From contig BCIN01000001.1 of NCBI GenBank assembly GCA_039545335.1, positions 2,415,129 through 2,474,030 on the forward strand: 58,902 nt of DNA. The letters run 5' to 3'. Under the pieces are notes generated by a model. It saw only the letters and a list, made by a program, of their open reading frames with translations, had not been told where the DNA came from and did not search any database. Both the position numbers and the translations under genes were made by a program. The stretch is from Kondoa subrosea. Its lineage: Eukaryota. Positions 39,307 to 52,467 of the stretch are shown here, piece by piece; position 1 is the first letter of the stretch, and every line of letters starts with the position of its first letter.

Positions 39307-40478
39307 TCATGCGACCTGCGCTGTGAACTTGGATGCAGCTTCGTCGAAGAGACTACTTTTCTCTTCTAGATCGAGCAGCAGAGGATGCTGAGGGGCAATG
39401 GTCTGTAAGCGCCTGATGCGCAATTCAGCTTGAAGTCACCGCAGCATCATCTTATACATACTGTAAAGATGCTTCGGCCGTGTTGGCTGGTTTTCCAGAT
39501 GGCAGAGTCAACGCTATCGAGTTTGCAAGCGAGTGGGCGTAATCGGCATTCTGTAACAAGCATGTCTCAGTAAGCATAATAGCATAGACAGCAGACAACG
39601 GACAATTTGAGTCGCTTCCACTAGAGCTGCGTCAGCTTCTGGCCAATTGCCCATGGCTGCTTGAGAGCAAGCTTTTGCATTCAGCACAGCAACGTTGTTG
39701 GCACTAGGTAGTTGTGCAATCTCATCAAAGACGTAAAAGGCTGCTTGATATGCTGCTCCTCCCTGTACGAGTCAACAACTTCTTTAATCAGCACAAGCTG
39801 AATCAATGAAATTGTCTGGCACGTACCGTTCGCAGACCAATCCAGGCTTCGCAAAGCTGAATGACGAGCGAATCTTCTGCCCAGGTCTTGGCTTGTTCAT
39901 ATACTTGACGGGCTGAAGCAAGTTGTTCCAGTGACAGCAGAATCTGAACTTGAAGCGCGACCCTATTCGACAAGGCCGCACTTCTTAGCTACTTAAGCGG
40001 CTAGTAGGAAGCGAAGGAGACAAACGATTCTTGCTCTTCATGTTTTGCTCCCTCGCTCAACACCGCCAAAGCTTCACCATTCTCTCCTTCCAAATGCAAA
40101 GCGGTAGCAGCTACTGGTCTAACCACACCAGCATCCTCTCCATCCAATTGAGCCAATAAGTCCCGCATCTCATCCAAGCACGATTCGCCCGAGCTCAAGT
40201 AGCGCGTTAAATGAGAGACTGCCTGAACTGAAAGATCATCTTGAGGTAGTTTGGACAATAAAATTGAAGCTTCTTTGTATTGGGATAAGCCGAGATGAGA
40301 TCTAGCTGCGTAGAGCTGTAATAGAAGAGCTGGATTGTCGAAAGATGTAACGGTGCTAATGGCAGCGCTGTATGAGCCCTTTCAATCACACAATTGAGTA
40401 TACGCAACCGTAAATATCGTGTGATTGAGAGCCTACCTGAATGTACAGTGAGCGTGCTAAAAAGGCTGATTCGTCCAT
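39307..40478 (-). CDS. SEC28: Coatomer epsilon subunit (TPR-like)
   Basis: MDESAFLARSLYIQ|GSYSAAI; WAEDSLVIQLCEAWIGL; YQAAFYVFDEI; PQHPLLLDLEEKSSLFDEAASKF. Confidence 0.88.
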
Positions 40479-40542
40479 GTCTAGGTCGCGGTGTGAAAGC
40501 AAGCAAATCAAGTTGTGCTCAAACGAAGGGTCGGCTCAGTGA
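40479..40542. promoter_or_regulatory. 64-bp spacer between divergent SEC28 and NudE start codons
   Basis: CAT at 40476-40478 and ATG at 40543-40545. Confidence 0.6.
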
Positions 40543-42214
40543 ATGGAAGATGGCGACGAGTATGAGTTGGATACAGCAACAGCAACGCACGACCAGCTAT
40601 TGAAGGGTTACCTCTATTTTCGCTCATTGGCAAGGGACAGGTTTGTTTGGCATTGTCTCGAGGTTCAAGTCGCAAGCATCTGATGGGTTCAAGTACGACA
40701 GTGATGCTCAATTGGATGAGACTCGAGCTGCTCTAGAAGAATTTCAAGCTTCAAGTCGAGAATTGGAGCAAGAGCTCGAGCGTGACTTAGCTGCGACAGA
40801 GCAGCGTGAGACGGAACTCAGAATAGCTCACGAGAAAGTAATGCAAGAGCTAGCTGATTGGAGATCCAAGTACCAATCCAGTCTTAAAGAACATACTACA
40901 ACCCTGCAACATATGCAGAAAGAGCTGGAAAGCGTGCGAGCTTCTGAACAAGCTATACGGACGCGTATTCGTGATGTGAGCAGCTTTCCTCCCAGACTAT
41001 CCATATCCGCTGACTCTCCAATCCAGATGGAACTCGATAATGACGATTTGGAAAAGAGTGAAAGGTTAGCACAACACACATATCTCTTATTCTTCCCTCA
41101 ATTTGGTATCCAGAGCACTTGAAAGCACTCTCTCTGATGTTGAATCTCGCTATGGTAAAGCAATCGAGCGGACAATACTCTTGGAGGAAGAACTGGTTGC
41201 TAAAGCTCGTCTCGAAGAAGATGTTCAAAGGCTACGGGATGAGCTAAGAGGTGCGTCATTGACGTGATACCGTGAAGACATGTACTAACGATCGAAGTAG
41301 ATTCGAATGAAGAGCTCTTTGCGATAAAATCTCGACCAGCAGTTCAAGAGCTTCCCTCTCGTCCTCTTACTCCTGTACGCAAAGCATCTCCAATACCTGA
41401 AGCTTCTACATCAAGTCCTTCTCGAGAACAAGCTGAAGATGCAATGCCCACACCGAAGAAGGCTAGCGATCTTCGTCGACCTATCTCTTCCGCTTCAGCC
41501 ATCCCTCGATCTACTTCTACACCTGATATGCTGTCTAGCCGAATACCAATGAAAAGTCCATCACCTGCTATATCACCTTCTATAGCAGCTAGCAATCGAC
41601 GACAGCCCTTGGCAAGAGGTGTAAAGAAGAACGAAACCATGTTATCTGACTTGAGGAACATGACTTCCCGAGTTAAGAACATGACTGCTCGAGTGGATTC
41701 AAGGAGAACATCTTCTATACCCACTACTACTACTACCACTTCTATACCATTACCTCGGGCAAGAAAATCTTCAGTTTTATCTTCTTCCGTTTCATCAATG
41801 AATGAAATGCCTCCACCTCCTTTACCTTCTGCAAATATCAAGCGTCATACACCTCTACCTAGAGCTAGTCGAATAGCAGAAGATAACAACAACAGACCTT
41901 CTTCACCTATTTCTCGACCTGCATTACAGCGACCTCAATCGAGATTGAGCGTCATGTCCACTTCTTCTTCCTCATCAAGACCTACTACACCGATACAGAG
42001 AAGTATTTCACCAGAGAAAAGATCAAAACCTAATGGAGTAGGGTTTGGTTCTTCTACGCCAAGTGGAAGATTACCTACTGCTTTACCGAGGACTACATTA
42101 GAGGGGAAGAGAGGAGCAGGTCAATTAGGTGGATTAGGGAGAAGGACGAGCGTCAAATTGAGATCGCCGTCGATACAGCAAGTTAATACATTAACTGAGG
42201 ATGAGACTTTTTGA
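40543..42214 (+). CDS. nudE: NudE/NudEL dynein regulator
   Basis: Coiled coil LEEFQASSRELEQELE, MELDNDDLEKSER, AIERTILLEEEL, QRLRDELR; Ser/Pro-rich disordered tail. Confidence 0.92.
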
Positions 42215-42397
42215 GAGATAAAGCTAGAGGGATTTGTACGAAAACTGTTGTAACGAGTAATGCGAGAATTGCGGACAGAGATAGCAGCCCAAGGAAGATA
42301 CTGAAAGGATAACGGTCATTTGCACGACTTTGTCTTAATATAACACAAAAAGAGATCAATTCAGTCAAAAATATGCGTATTATACAGCCCGGTGCGA

Positions 42398-44535
42398 TTA
42401 TAATTGACCAGGAATCATCTAGCATGAATGTCGTGAGCGTTGGGTGACGATCAGGCAGTGAACACATACAGATTCTGGGATAGGCAGTCCCGGGGCAATG
42501 CTAATATTTGACAAATGTTAGATCGATTAACGCGAAAGCCAGGCTGACGTACGAGATGCCCTGCATGTGACCACCGAAGAGTACTTTGCCTTCCCTCTCG
42601 GTGAATTTGGCAATGCGTTCCTCCTGGAGAAGAAAAAGGGATTTCAGCAAACTAGTTATCGTTACGATGCTGCAAACGCACCACTAGAGGCCTGAAGTTT
42701 TTGAGTCTGTAGTAGACATGAAGATTGTCAGTTTAGTCGACGGTCGAAGCGAGAAATTTGATTTACAATCCTTGTCTATGCGAGAAAATGGTCAAAATTA
42801 GTCCAAATCGACCGCCGAAACGACAGATCGACTCACACAGGCCAGGCTGATGCATCTCCCAACTAAAACACGCATTCTGGACGTCAGGGGAGTATTTTGG
42901 ACTTCGCCGGACACTTACAGCACAAATTGTGTGACCTGAACCAAAAAATTAGGGTGCTTCTACGACTACGTGTCTGCGCGCTTACCCTCGATCTCCTTGG
43001 TGAGCTCATACATCATGTCAATCTCTCTAGGGTGAGCACGACCTTCAACCATTCGATCCATCATGGTAGCGAGCCAGGAAGTTCCTTCTCTGCAAGGAGT
43101 ACATTGTCCACATGATTCATGCTTGTAGAACTTGGAGAAGCGAGCAATAGCAGCAATGAGATCAGTGGATTTGTCCATGACGATAACTGCTCCTGTTCCA
43201 AGACCAGATCCGAGATCTTTGAGCGAATCGAAGTCCATCCTGAATTGAGGCAGACTGTCAGCTCTGCTGCTGAGCTACGAAGAGCGCGAAAGCGTACAGA
43301 GCCTCTTCAGATTGCTCCTTGTTGAGAATAGGTACAGAAGAACCACCGGGAACGATTCCCAACAGGTTGTCCCATCCACCTCGGACACCTCCACAGTGTT
43401 TGTCTATCAGTTCTCTCAATGGCATTGACATCTCTTCTTCCACAACACATGGATTGTTGACATGACCTGAAATACAGAAAAGTTTTGTACCTTGATTGCG
43501 ATCTCTTCCCATGCCGGCGAACCAGCTTGCACCTCTTCTAATGATTGTAGGAGCAACAGCAACGGTTTCTACATTGGCAACAGTGGTAGGACAACCGAAC
43601 AAACCAACATCAGCAGGGAAAGGTGGCTTCAATCTTGGTTTGCCTTGTTTGCCTTCAAGTGATTCAATCAAAGCGGTTTCTTCACCACAGATATAAGCAC
43701 CCGCTCCTCGGTGAACGTAGACGTCGAAATCATAGCCTGATCCGCATGCGTTCTTGCCAATTAATCCTTCTTTGTACGCTTCATTAATTGCTGCTTGCAA
43801 ATGCGCCGCTTCTAAGTAGAACTCTCCACGGATATAGATGTATGCTGTCAGGCGATGAAAATCAAATCCGGCGAACCGAAAGCTACCACATCACCACTGA
43901 CCAGCTGTTGCGTTCATTGCTCGACCGGCAACCAGACAGCCTTCTACCAGCTTGTGCGGGTCACCTCTCATGATCTCTCTGTCTTTGCAAGTACCTGGTT
44001 CTCCCTCATCTGCATTGACTACCAAGTATCGAGGTTTGCCGCCTCCCGCTTCCTTCCATCCAGGCTTGTTCATGAATGACCTGCCGTACACTCAGCTTTA
44101 CAGCATTTAATGCATTGTATTGATCTTGACTGACCATTTGAGACCAGAAGGGAAACCTGCACCACCTCGACCTCGAAGACCTGAATCTTTGATCTGTTGA
44201 ATAATCCAGTTGTCCCCCTTTGCGATGATATCTTTGGTTCTGTGCCAATCTCCTCTTGCTTTAGCACCCTTGAGTAAGTGATCGTGCTTCATGTAAGCAT
44301 TTGTAAAACTATACGAAATTCGCGAGAGCCAATAAGATTTTATGCATTGGCAGTCCATTCAGGGCTGCACTTACATTCGATCTTGATCCTTCAAGCCTCC
44401 GAAGCCTGAAGTCTTGCGCGCAGGTGGAGCAGCAGGCTTAGGAGGATCTTGAACTGTGGCCAGAGATCGGACTGCATTCACTGAGCTAGGCAGCGTTTTA
44501 GAGACTCTGGGTCGATGAGCTAGCGAGCGTTTCAT
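42398..44535 (-). CDS. NDUFV1: NADH:ubiquinone oxidoreductase 51-kDa flavoprotein subunit
   Basis: [49 protein letters not shown]; Fe-S motif [12 protein letters not shown]...GHTICALGDA. The last two exons are less certain. Confidence 0.97.
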
Positions 44536-44794
44536 ATTCCCAACACTGGTATAACAGGCGATCCAAGTAGAAATGCGATCACAATAGTTCGAGTCCAAGA
44601 TGCACATAAAGTGAATTGTCCATGGAGTGCCCTTCTCTGCGCACCATTCCGCTCTGTCTTCTGTTTCTGTCAAGAGAAGTCATCTACATATATACCGTCT
44701 TACCCCTACCTCGTCAGTGAACATCCGCTTCCGCTTTCTATATGCTCAGATTGGTGTCTTCAGCCTGAAGCCTTATTCGCTTCATCTCCTGGTC

Positions 44795-46674
44795 ATGTCG
44801 AGCAGTACTGGTATTCCAGTCTATACAAGCGATCTCTCTTCTATCTACTCCACCAATTCTGTAGCAACACAAACCTCTCGCTATGCTGATCTATGCGAAT
44901 CCTTCTCTTCCCTTTACGGATGTAAACCCACATTCATCGCACGAGCTCCAGGTCGTGTCAATGTTCTTGGCGAACACATAGACTATTCCCTTTTCTCTGT
45001 CATGCCTATGGCAATTGAGAAAGATGTCTTAATCGCTTGTCATGTCGAACCTTCTTCTTCCTCCCAATCACGGTTTGAACTATCGAATCTCAACCCTAAA
45101 TACACACCGCAAGAATTGCAAGTAGAAGGATTGGATGCCGAAAACATCCAAATCGATAGTTCCGAATTGTTATGGAGCAATTATTTCGCTGCGGGCTGTA
45201 AAGGAATGTTGGAGCATTTGGCTACTCTTTCATCTTTCAATGGAAAAGCGGTGAATGTGAAAATGCTTTTCTCAGGCAATGTACCAGCTGGAGGAGGATT
45301 ATCGTCAAGTGCGGCTATGTGCGTCGCTTCGTGTATTGCGACTGCGCAAGCTGTCGGGGCATTGGATCAATTGACAAAGGAGCAGCTTACACAGGTGACT
45401 TCTTCATTTTATGATCATCACAAAGACTGACTTACTTTGTCTCAAGATTGCTGTTGTCAGTGAAAGATTAGTTGGCGTGCAAAGCGGAGGAATGGAGTGA
45501 GTCTCGATGATAGTATAGTCTAAGCGAAGCTGATTTCAGTACTACATTAGTCAATCAGCTTCTGTACTTTCTGTTAGAGACTCGCTCCTTCATGTCTCCT
45601 TCTTTCCCGAACTACATGCCGACCCATTAAACCTACCAAGCGGATCCTTGTCACCTTCTTTCGTTATTGCTAACTCTATGGTAGTTGCGTGAGCTCTGTA
45701 TCCGAGTTGTTTAAATTCGCTCTGATTTGCTTTTGACAGCGATAAACATGTAAGCTGTCTTGACTTGATAAACGCCCATAAGTAGTCTAACATTCTTTCT
45801 AGACTACAAGCAAGAAGCACTACAATTTGCGAGGTCAGTCCAATCTATTCATCGCGATTAAGTGCACAAGCCTAAATTTTAAAGCAGTGGTGGAATGTCG
45901 AGTCGCAAGCAAATTGCTAGCCGATCGTCTTAACGTGCCTTCTTCTCACTCCGCTACCCTGAAACAAGTGCTCGAATACCACTTCAGATCGCAAGGTCAA
46001 TCTTCTTCCGCGAAAGAAAGTTTGCAGCGGATTCAATTTATGCTGGAACAAGTTGAGACAATACTTGGTGAGAAGAAGGAAGGGATGGATTGGAATGAAG
46101 TATACCGAGCTTGTGCTGTAAAGGACGAAAAGGAATTCAAGAGTCTCTTTCACCCCAATTTCGAGATTGAGGCTTCAATGCTACAACCTTACAGTGAGTC
46201 AAGTTACCTTGTACAGTGTGGGTCCGCTAAATCATGTGCAGATCGAGCGAAACATGTGCTGGAAGAAGCTGCGAGAGTGTACAGAGCTCGGGAACTTCTG
46301 CAAAGCACATCCTCGGGTCCGATCGATCAGCTCGGGCAATTGATGAATGCTAGTCACAGCAGTTGTCGTGATCTGTATGACTGCAGCTGTCCTGAACTGA
46401 ACAAGCTTGTGGAATTGGCTCAGCAAAGCGGTAGTAAAGGTGCTCGATTGACGGGTTCGTTCCACTTCAGGATTTGTGCTGCAGCTGATTGCAACAACTT
46501 TCAGGCGCTGGATGGGGCGGATGTATGGTCGGTCTGTTTGATTCGGAAGCAAAAGCAGAAGCGTTCATTGCCTCGCTTCGCAAATCATACTACGGGGACG
46601 CGAGTGATGAGGTATACCATAATGCGGTCTTCAGTACCAAGCCAGAAAGTGGTGCATGTGTATATATGCCCTAA
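44795..46674 (+). CDS. GAL1: Galactokinase (GHMP kinase)
   Basis: RAPGRVNVLGEHIDY; PAGGGLSSSAA; SERLVGVQSGGM; YNLR|VVEC; GARLT|GAGWGGC. Confidence 0.93.
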
Positions 46675-46696
46675 ATAGGCATTGCAAATTGTATGC

Positions 46697-48648
46697 TCAA
46701 GCTTCATCGCGATCTACTTCAGCTGTATACCCTTTCGCTATTCCTGCCCGCCCTTTTGACATTAGCATAGACGGTGCAGCTTCCTTGATATCTAGACCAC
46801 GATACGATAAAGTATGGATATGCTCGCCTTGCAGAATAGTCATTTTCGATGCAGAACTGGCGCAGAAAAAAATGGCTTACCAGCAGCACTTCCCATCATC
46901 TGAGCAATCTCTCGTCCGGACGGCTGATGTACCAAAGCATTGGCCGACACCTTGTCTTGCAAAGAAGTAGTATCATACTTGCGAACCGTTCTCAATTGTC
47001 CGGTAACTGAAGAAAACTGAAGATTGCCCTCATCTTCTTCTCCCTCTTCGTCAATCGCAGACTTCTCAGGAGCGTCATTTGACAGGACTCGATTCCAGTT
47101 CAGCGACCATCCTTCAGACCAATCTGCTCCATGTTCAAGAGCAACCATAGCTTCCCAAGGCGTGATGATAGGTCTATAGAAATCTTTGCCTACTTCATGA
47201 CTAGTCAAGAGTAAAGAGTTTTCGGGACAAGCAACGAGGATGAAGCATTCTATTTCCTGATAATTGCCTAATTTCGAGGGTGTCGGTTTGCCAACGCATA
47301 TAGTATAGCTCTTCTTGTGTTTCCGCTTGAGTATCTTGCGAAGTTGATTGACCAGTAGCAGATGTTGCGCTGCAGAAGAGCCCATTTAACATGAACGCTG
47401 AAGCGGGAAGAAAAGGTAACTTACCTACGCCTAACGTGCCGACTAGAATACCGAACACATCTGCATCTCTTGCTCTTTGTATTGCAGCATATCGACGCAT
47501 AAGCAGACGATCTGTATTCTGCTGATCCGCCAGCAAGCTGCCACCTTCTTCCGAGGGTTCAAACACAATAGCCTGGCTCGAATTAGCGCGCTAAAAGGCG
47601 GCAAAAGAATAAACACACAGGTATAGAAGGATTGCTCATCATGAGATGTGATAGCCGAAGGGATTGTGAGCCGATATATAGCAGAACGCCCGTAGAAGGT
47701 ATGCTATTTTGCTCCTTCGCAACGCTCGTTAGTGGATTAGACGACGAATCTGACGGTCTTGGTCCGCAAGTACACGAAGATCCACAACAGCTGCTTGGTG
47801 TAGTATTTTGGGTCTGTTCGCAAGCCCGTTCTTTGTCGAGATGAAGGTACTTCGTCCGATCGAGCTCCATTCGTATGATCTCGTTCGATATTCGCTCTTT
47901 CAGGGCAGCCTCCAGTTGCGCTATACCGAAGTCATCAGAATTGGGCTTTGGAACAGACGACTTTGCGCACCCATTTTCCACTCATAAGATAAGTCATAAT
48001 GCAAATACAGCGTTCTATCTGTAAGCTCTGCCGTCCTTGATGCAAGGTGTTCTGCTATTACATCAACGGCATGTGATATCGGAAAGTCCGTCTTGGTAAG
48101 AATGTAGAGTGTTGGCAGATAAGAAGAGCTGCATCACTTGTGAGGAGATTACTGATCGCCAAAAGACACCACGCACTTAGTCAAACAAGCGTGGCCGTAG
48201 TGGATCACTAGATCTGCGTTGACATGTTCCGCTGCAACTTGATCCACACAACAGCTGATGATGCATAGTCAGCTGTAAAGTGGCAGCAGCGATCTGCAAG
48301 TACCTACCTTCCGTATGTCGTATCCGCTAGAATATACAGCTCGATGTCTGCCAGTAAGCGCTTCCGCAACTCTCGATAGACTGGTACAGCATCTTTGAGC
48401 AGAGCGTCGGGGAACTGGAGCCCTATCTGTGAATAGCAATTTAGCTACATAAAATGATAGACTGAGTCTTCTGACCGGCTGACCCGTTTGTACTGTCCAG
48501 ACTCAACCCGTTGACAGGTTTCTAAAATTTCATATTGTTCAATCAAAGATCCAGCCGAGGCAGAATGTGTCGGTTCCAAGCTGGCTTCAGTCGAGCGAGA
48601 TAGCTCTGTAGCTGAGGAGAAGGCAGAGGTCGATGGCGCTGAGTCCAT
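46697..48648 (-). CDS. DPH2: Diphthamide biosynthesis protein 2
   Basis: [77 protein letters not shown]-terminal GRAGIAKGY typical of Dph2. Confidence 0.92.
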
Positions 48649-49243
48649 GGAGCGAAATTAAATGATTGTACAATAACGGTTGGAAGTAAGCAGCCAAGAC
48701 CTATTTAATTCGTGTTTTATGCTGGCATAACTCTAGTCGGGTGACGGCGAGTCAAGTCAATATGCAGTCCGCTATGGTGCCACCACCTCTACTTCTTCCA
48801 CTGCAAGTAAAAGTCATTTCCCTTTCGACTCAAGTCATTCGATCTGCAACATGAATGTGCTGAATCTGCAAAGCAGCTCGAGTCGTCATCACTAACTGAC
48901 TACACAGAACAGCGAGCTGGATTCACGGCCCTAATAGTCTGGCTGAGATTCTTGCTTAGCTAATCAGCCTCTGCTTTAAATTTGCTTCGTACCTCTCGAG
49001 AGAGCTTGATATGTCATCGAAGGCGGATGGAGATCATATCAGAACGATTGAACGCCAGAGAGTATAGCCCAGCGGACATCGGTTCTCCGGCGCTCAATCG
49101 TTTCTTTCTTCTGTCCATCATCTGCTCTCGCCAGTCTTCAGCTTTGTTTCTGATCTCCTTTCAATCTGCTCTACTCTCTTTTCATCTTCCTATTCTCTCC
49201 AAAACAGCTGGCCTGTTATCCCCGTATTTTTGTCAGGCAGACC

Positions 49244-50488
49244 ATGTTCCTTTGCTTCTTCATCATCGGATCTCTAGTTCTAAGATCATTGGCTGGTCCA
49301 ATCAATAGTCAAGGCTATACGAATCCTAATGACTTCGAAGGCGGCTCCATGCTAACGTTGGTGGTTATCTTCTTATCATTGTGTCGTTTCCTTGAATTTG
49401 CCTCTCGCAGAGGCGTTTACAATACAGTTCCAGCAGGATTAGGAGAACCTCTGAATGTGATCATCTCAGCGGTAAGTCGGCTAGCTAGACTTCCGGCGGA
49501 TTCGTCTGACCTAAAGAATGTTTCTTCTGCTATAGAATTCCGACCCGAAAGTCTTAACCGGTCATGGCGTCAAACTGTACCTGAATAGTCTCAATTCCAG
49601 TCAAAACTGTATGGGCATGTCTCAAGGTCAGTCAGCTTACCATTCGAAAGGTTCGGACCTAATATATATTTGACTTCTACAGGTCTAGATTCCACCGATA
49701 ACGCTCAGAACGCTACTCTCGACCCAGGCGTCGCACTGAATCAAACATTCGTTTTTCGCGAGGATTGGGGTAACCATCTTTGTACGTCAACATCTTTTCT
49801 ATAGCCGATTCGTCGGATTTTGTGACATCTGGGCATTCTTTTCAATAGATGGAGCCTGTTTGGAAACTTTCAACGGTGGCTCGCATGTCAAAGCTTTCCA
49901 ACAACAATCTACGGGCGCTTACTTCTTTGCTGCCTCAACTGAACATAGTCTGGACAAGCATCATATGATCACTGGATCCGCTGGTGGTTACAGCGGTCAG
50001 TCTGATTTCCTGCTAAGAAATGAAGCAGAAAACGGTCTGATGATTTGGCCAGGATACGACGAGGGTCGTGACATATTCGTTTCGCGCACGTATGCCATTA
50101 TTTCACAAATGCTGCTTACGACTAATGCTGTCGTATCGTAGTGACAATAATGGTAACGGAACATGGATGTCCCTTCCAGGCGATCCAGGTCGTACTATCT
50201 CATACCATGCCGACGTTGCAATGGTAGACGCTCTGCTCACTCGTAAGCATATCTTCTTTCCACTCGTGATGTATGCTAAGGCTTGACATAAGCTGGCGAT
50301 GAGATGATCAATCATGGACTGTACCTGTGAGTCGAGGCGACTTCTGTTTGGCAATATTGACCGAGTGTTTCAGTGATGGTCGAGTCGCTGTCATTACAGT
50401 CAGAGTAATTTACGACTCCTCTTCTCTTGCGGTTTCTCTCTACAGGGTACTCTGGCTGCTACCAGCAATAGTGATGTTACTGTTGTAA
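49244..50488 (+). CDS. Uncharacterised secreted protein with hydrophobic (GPI-like) C-terminus
   Basis: Signal peptide MFLCFFIIGSLVLRSLAG; GGSMLT, GLGEPLNVIISA, CLETFNGGSH, GAYFFAAS, GYDEGRD, NHGLYL|DGRVAVITV; ends VLWLLPAIVMLLL*. About 10 short introns. Confidence 0.7.
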
Positions 50489-50647
50489 AGAACCAGATCT
50501 GCATTATGCCTCTATCCGCATGCCCTGCTATACGAAGTACAAAAAGAACACTTTTACATCAGAAACAATAGAGGTAATAGTCCATCAATCACAACCCCGT
50601 CCGATAACCACCTTGAACGTCCTTTACTAATCCAACTCACTAGCATG

Positions 50648-52467
50648 CTAATGAACCCGAAGTCTTGCGTTGACCAGCAAAGGTTGAGCTAAAGGATGCG
50701 TAAGGGAAGAGAGATAAGCCGGATAAAGGCCTTGTTCATCCCGTTTCATGGTAGCCAAGTATTGTGCGTCGAAAGAGAGGTCGTATTTTCGTAATAGAGC
50801 CACAATAACAGCGATACTTTCGAAAGTCGCCAACCTACGAATGCTTATGAGAGAGGAATCAGATATGGAAGGTCCTTCACCAACTTTTGGCCCACACAAG
50901 CTCTCGGTCCAGCATTCTGGTGTCAACGAATCAGCAGAGTCTTCTCGACCAGGACTGACTAAGAGCGGCTTACAAATGCATGGAACAGGTAGGGACTAGG
51001 TCTACTCAAGCTGTCATCCGAATTGAACCATCTTTCGGGCTTGAACTCTAAACAGTCCTCTCCCCAGATGGTCGGATCTCGCGCCATTTGCCAATCCGAG
51101 AATCGAATATAATCCCCCTTTTGCACAACCACGCCATTAGGCAAGACATCATCTTCTATTGCACAAAAGATGTTCTTTGGAATACTCGGGTGTAGGCGAA
51201 GACTTTCCCAAAGAACAGCGGTGCATAGCTTGAGGTGGGTGTAGTTTGCGTACGTCACTGGTTCGTCTGCGCCTAGTACTGCTTCGATTTCCTTGCGGAG
51301 CATAACTACCAGATTCGAATCGCTGATGACGTGGTAAAGTGTCCAAGAGAGCGCACAAGCGCAAGGATCCCGACCAGCAACAATAATATTCACCAGAGAA
51401 TCGCGAATGAAACCAGGTTTGAGAGGTTGACCCTGTTCGTCCAGCATGTTGAGGTAGGAACCCATAAGATTATTTGCCTCCTTGGCTCCAGATTCGTTCA
51501 TGAAGGCGTAAATATAGTTATCGAGGAGCTGCTTCTTTTGCCTTATCTCACGATTCTTACCAGTCAGGAATTCAGTGATTTTGTAGAAAGGGTTGTGCAA
51601 TCGAGCGTCCAGCAGCTCTTGACCCCGATCTAGAGTGTTCTTCAGCGTAAGATCTACGCCCTTCCTGCAAACAGCATCGACTCACCGACGATGCTTCCAA
51701 ATTGATCTCTGGACACGCCTCCCTTTACAGCAATAGAGTCCCCAAAGGCGATTGAGCCTGCGCGATCATAGAATAAGACTAGAAGAGAAGCAGAAAAAGA
51801 ACCATCAAGACCTACAGAAGACATCGGTTGTGAAGGAATACAATAATGTAGAGAGGGCAATTGGTCCTTCCGATTTGTCAATCTTGGTCTCGAGCTGTTC
51901 CAGAGCTGAATAGATGGAGTTTGTTATAGGACCTTTGTAAGCTTTGTTGGAGAAGAGATGCCTGCCGCGCCATGAGCTGACATTAGCAAAGGAATGGAAG
52001 CTCTGAGCGCGATGATTCACACTGCTCGCTTCCGTTGAAATAGCCATTGGTGTCCATCCACCACGAACAGCCCGGTGCCTATAAGACTCGAGAAGATTGC
52101 CCGAAAATAAGGTCCCTTCTCATATCGGTGAAAAGATGGACCTTGAACGTATTCGAGCAAGCTTGGTTGCGAAACATCTATCATTCTGAGGAATGGGAGA
52201 GTAATTGTGCTGCAGGGTCCATACTTGCGAGCATTGTCCCTGAAGTAGTCCAATGATCTGTGAGTATTTGCTGCCAGCTCCAAAGCATTTCCAAGAATTT
52301 TTGTTCCTCTGGGACCATTTAGATCTTTCCTTGCATTCGTTCCAATCCCTGCATTCGGTCTACCAACAACATGTACTTCAGCAGGCGGTCGGCAGATGTC
52401 AGATGCCTTACAGAAGGTGGAATATGAAGAACCACACAAATATCAGGATGAAAGCTTCTGTGATCAT
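50648..52467 (-). CDS. Cytochrome P450 (fatty-acid hydroxylase-like)
   Basis: N-terminal TM MITEAFILIFVWFFIF; GPRGTKILGN; GLFVVDGHQW; I-helix VAGRDP; ESLRLHP; FKPERW; heme motif F|NAGPRACVG. Confidence 0.92.

Noticed and set aside
44586..44597. B-box-like GTTCGAGTCC (a similar site is at ~32457-32466, minus strand) as a second split tRNA
   Set aside because: The flanks do not form a T stem, and there is no anticodon arm or T-run terminator.
48940..48975. GGCTGAGATT resembling a fungal TPP riboswitch
   Set aside because: There is no downstream TGATC/TAAT P4-P5 arm; it is only a small GGCTGA/TCAGCC hairpin.
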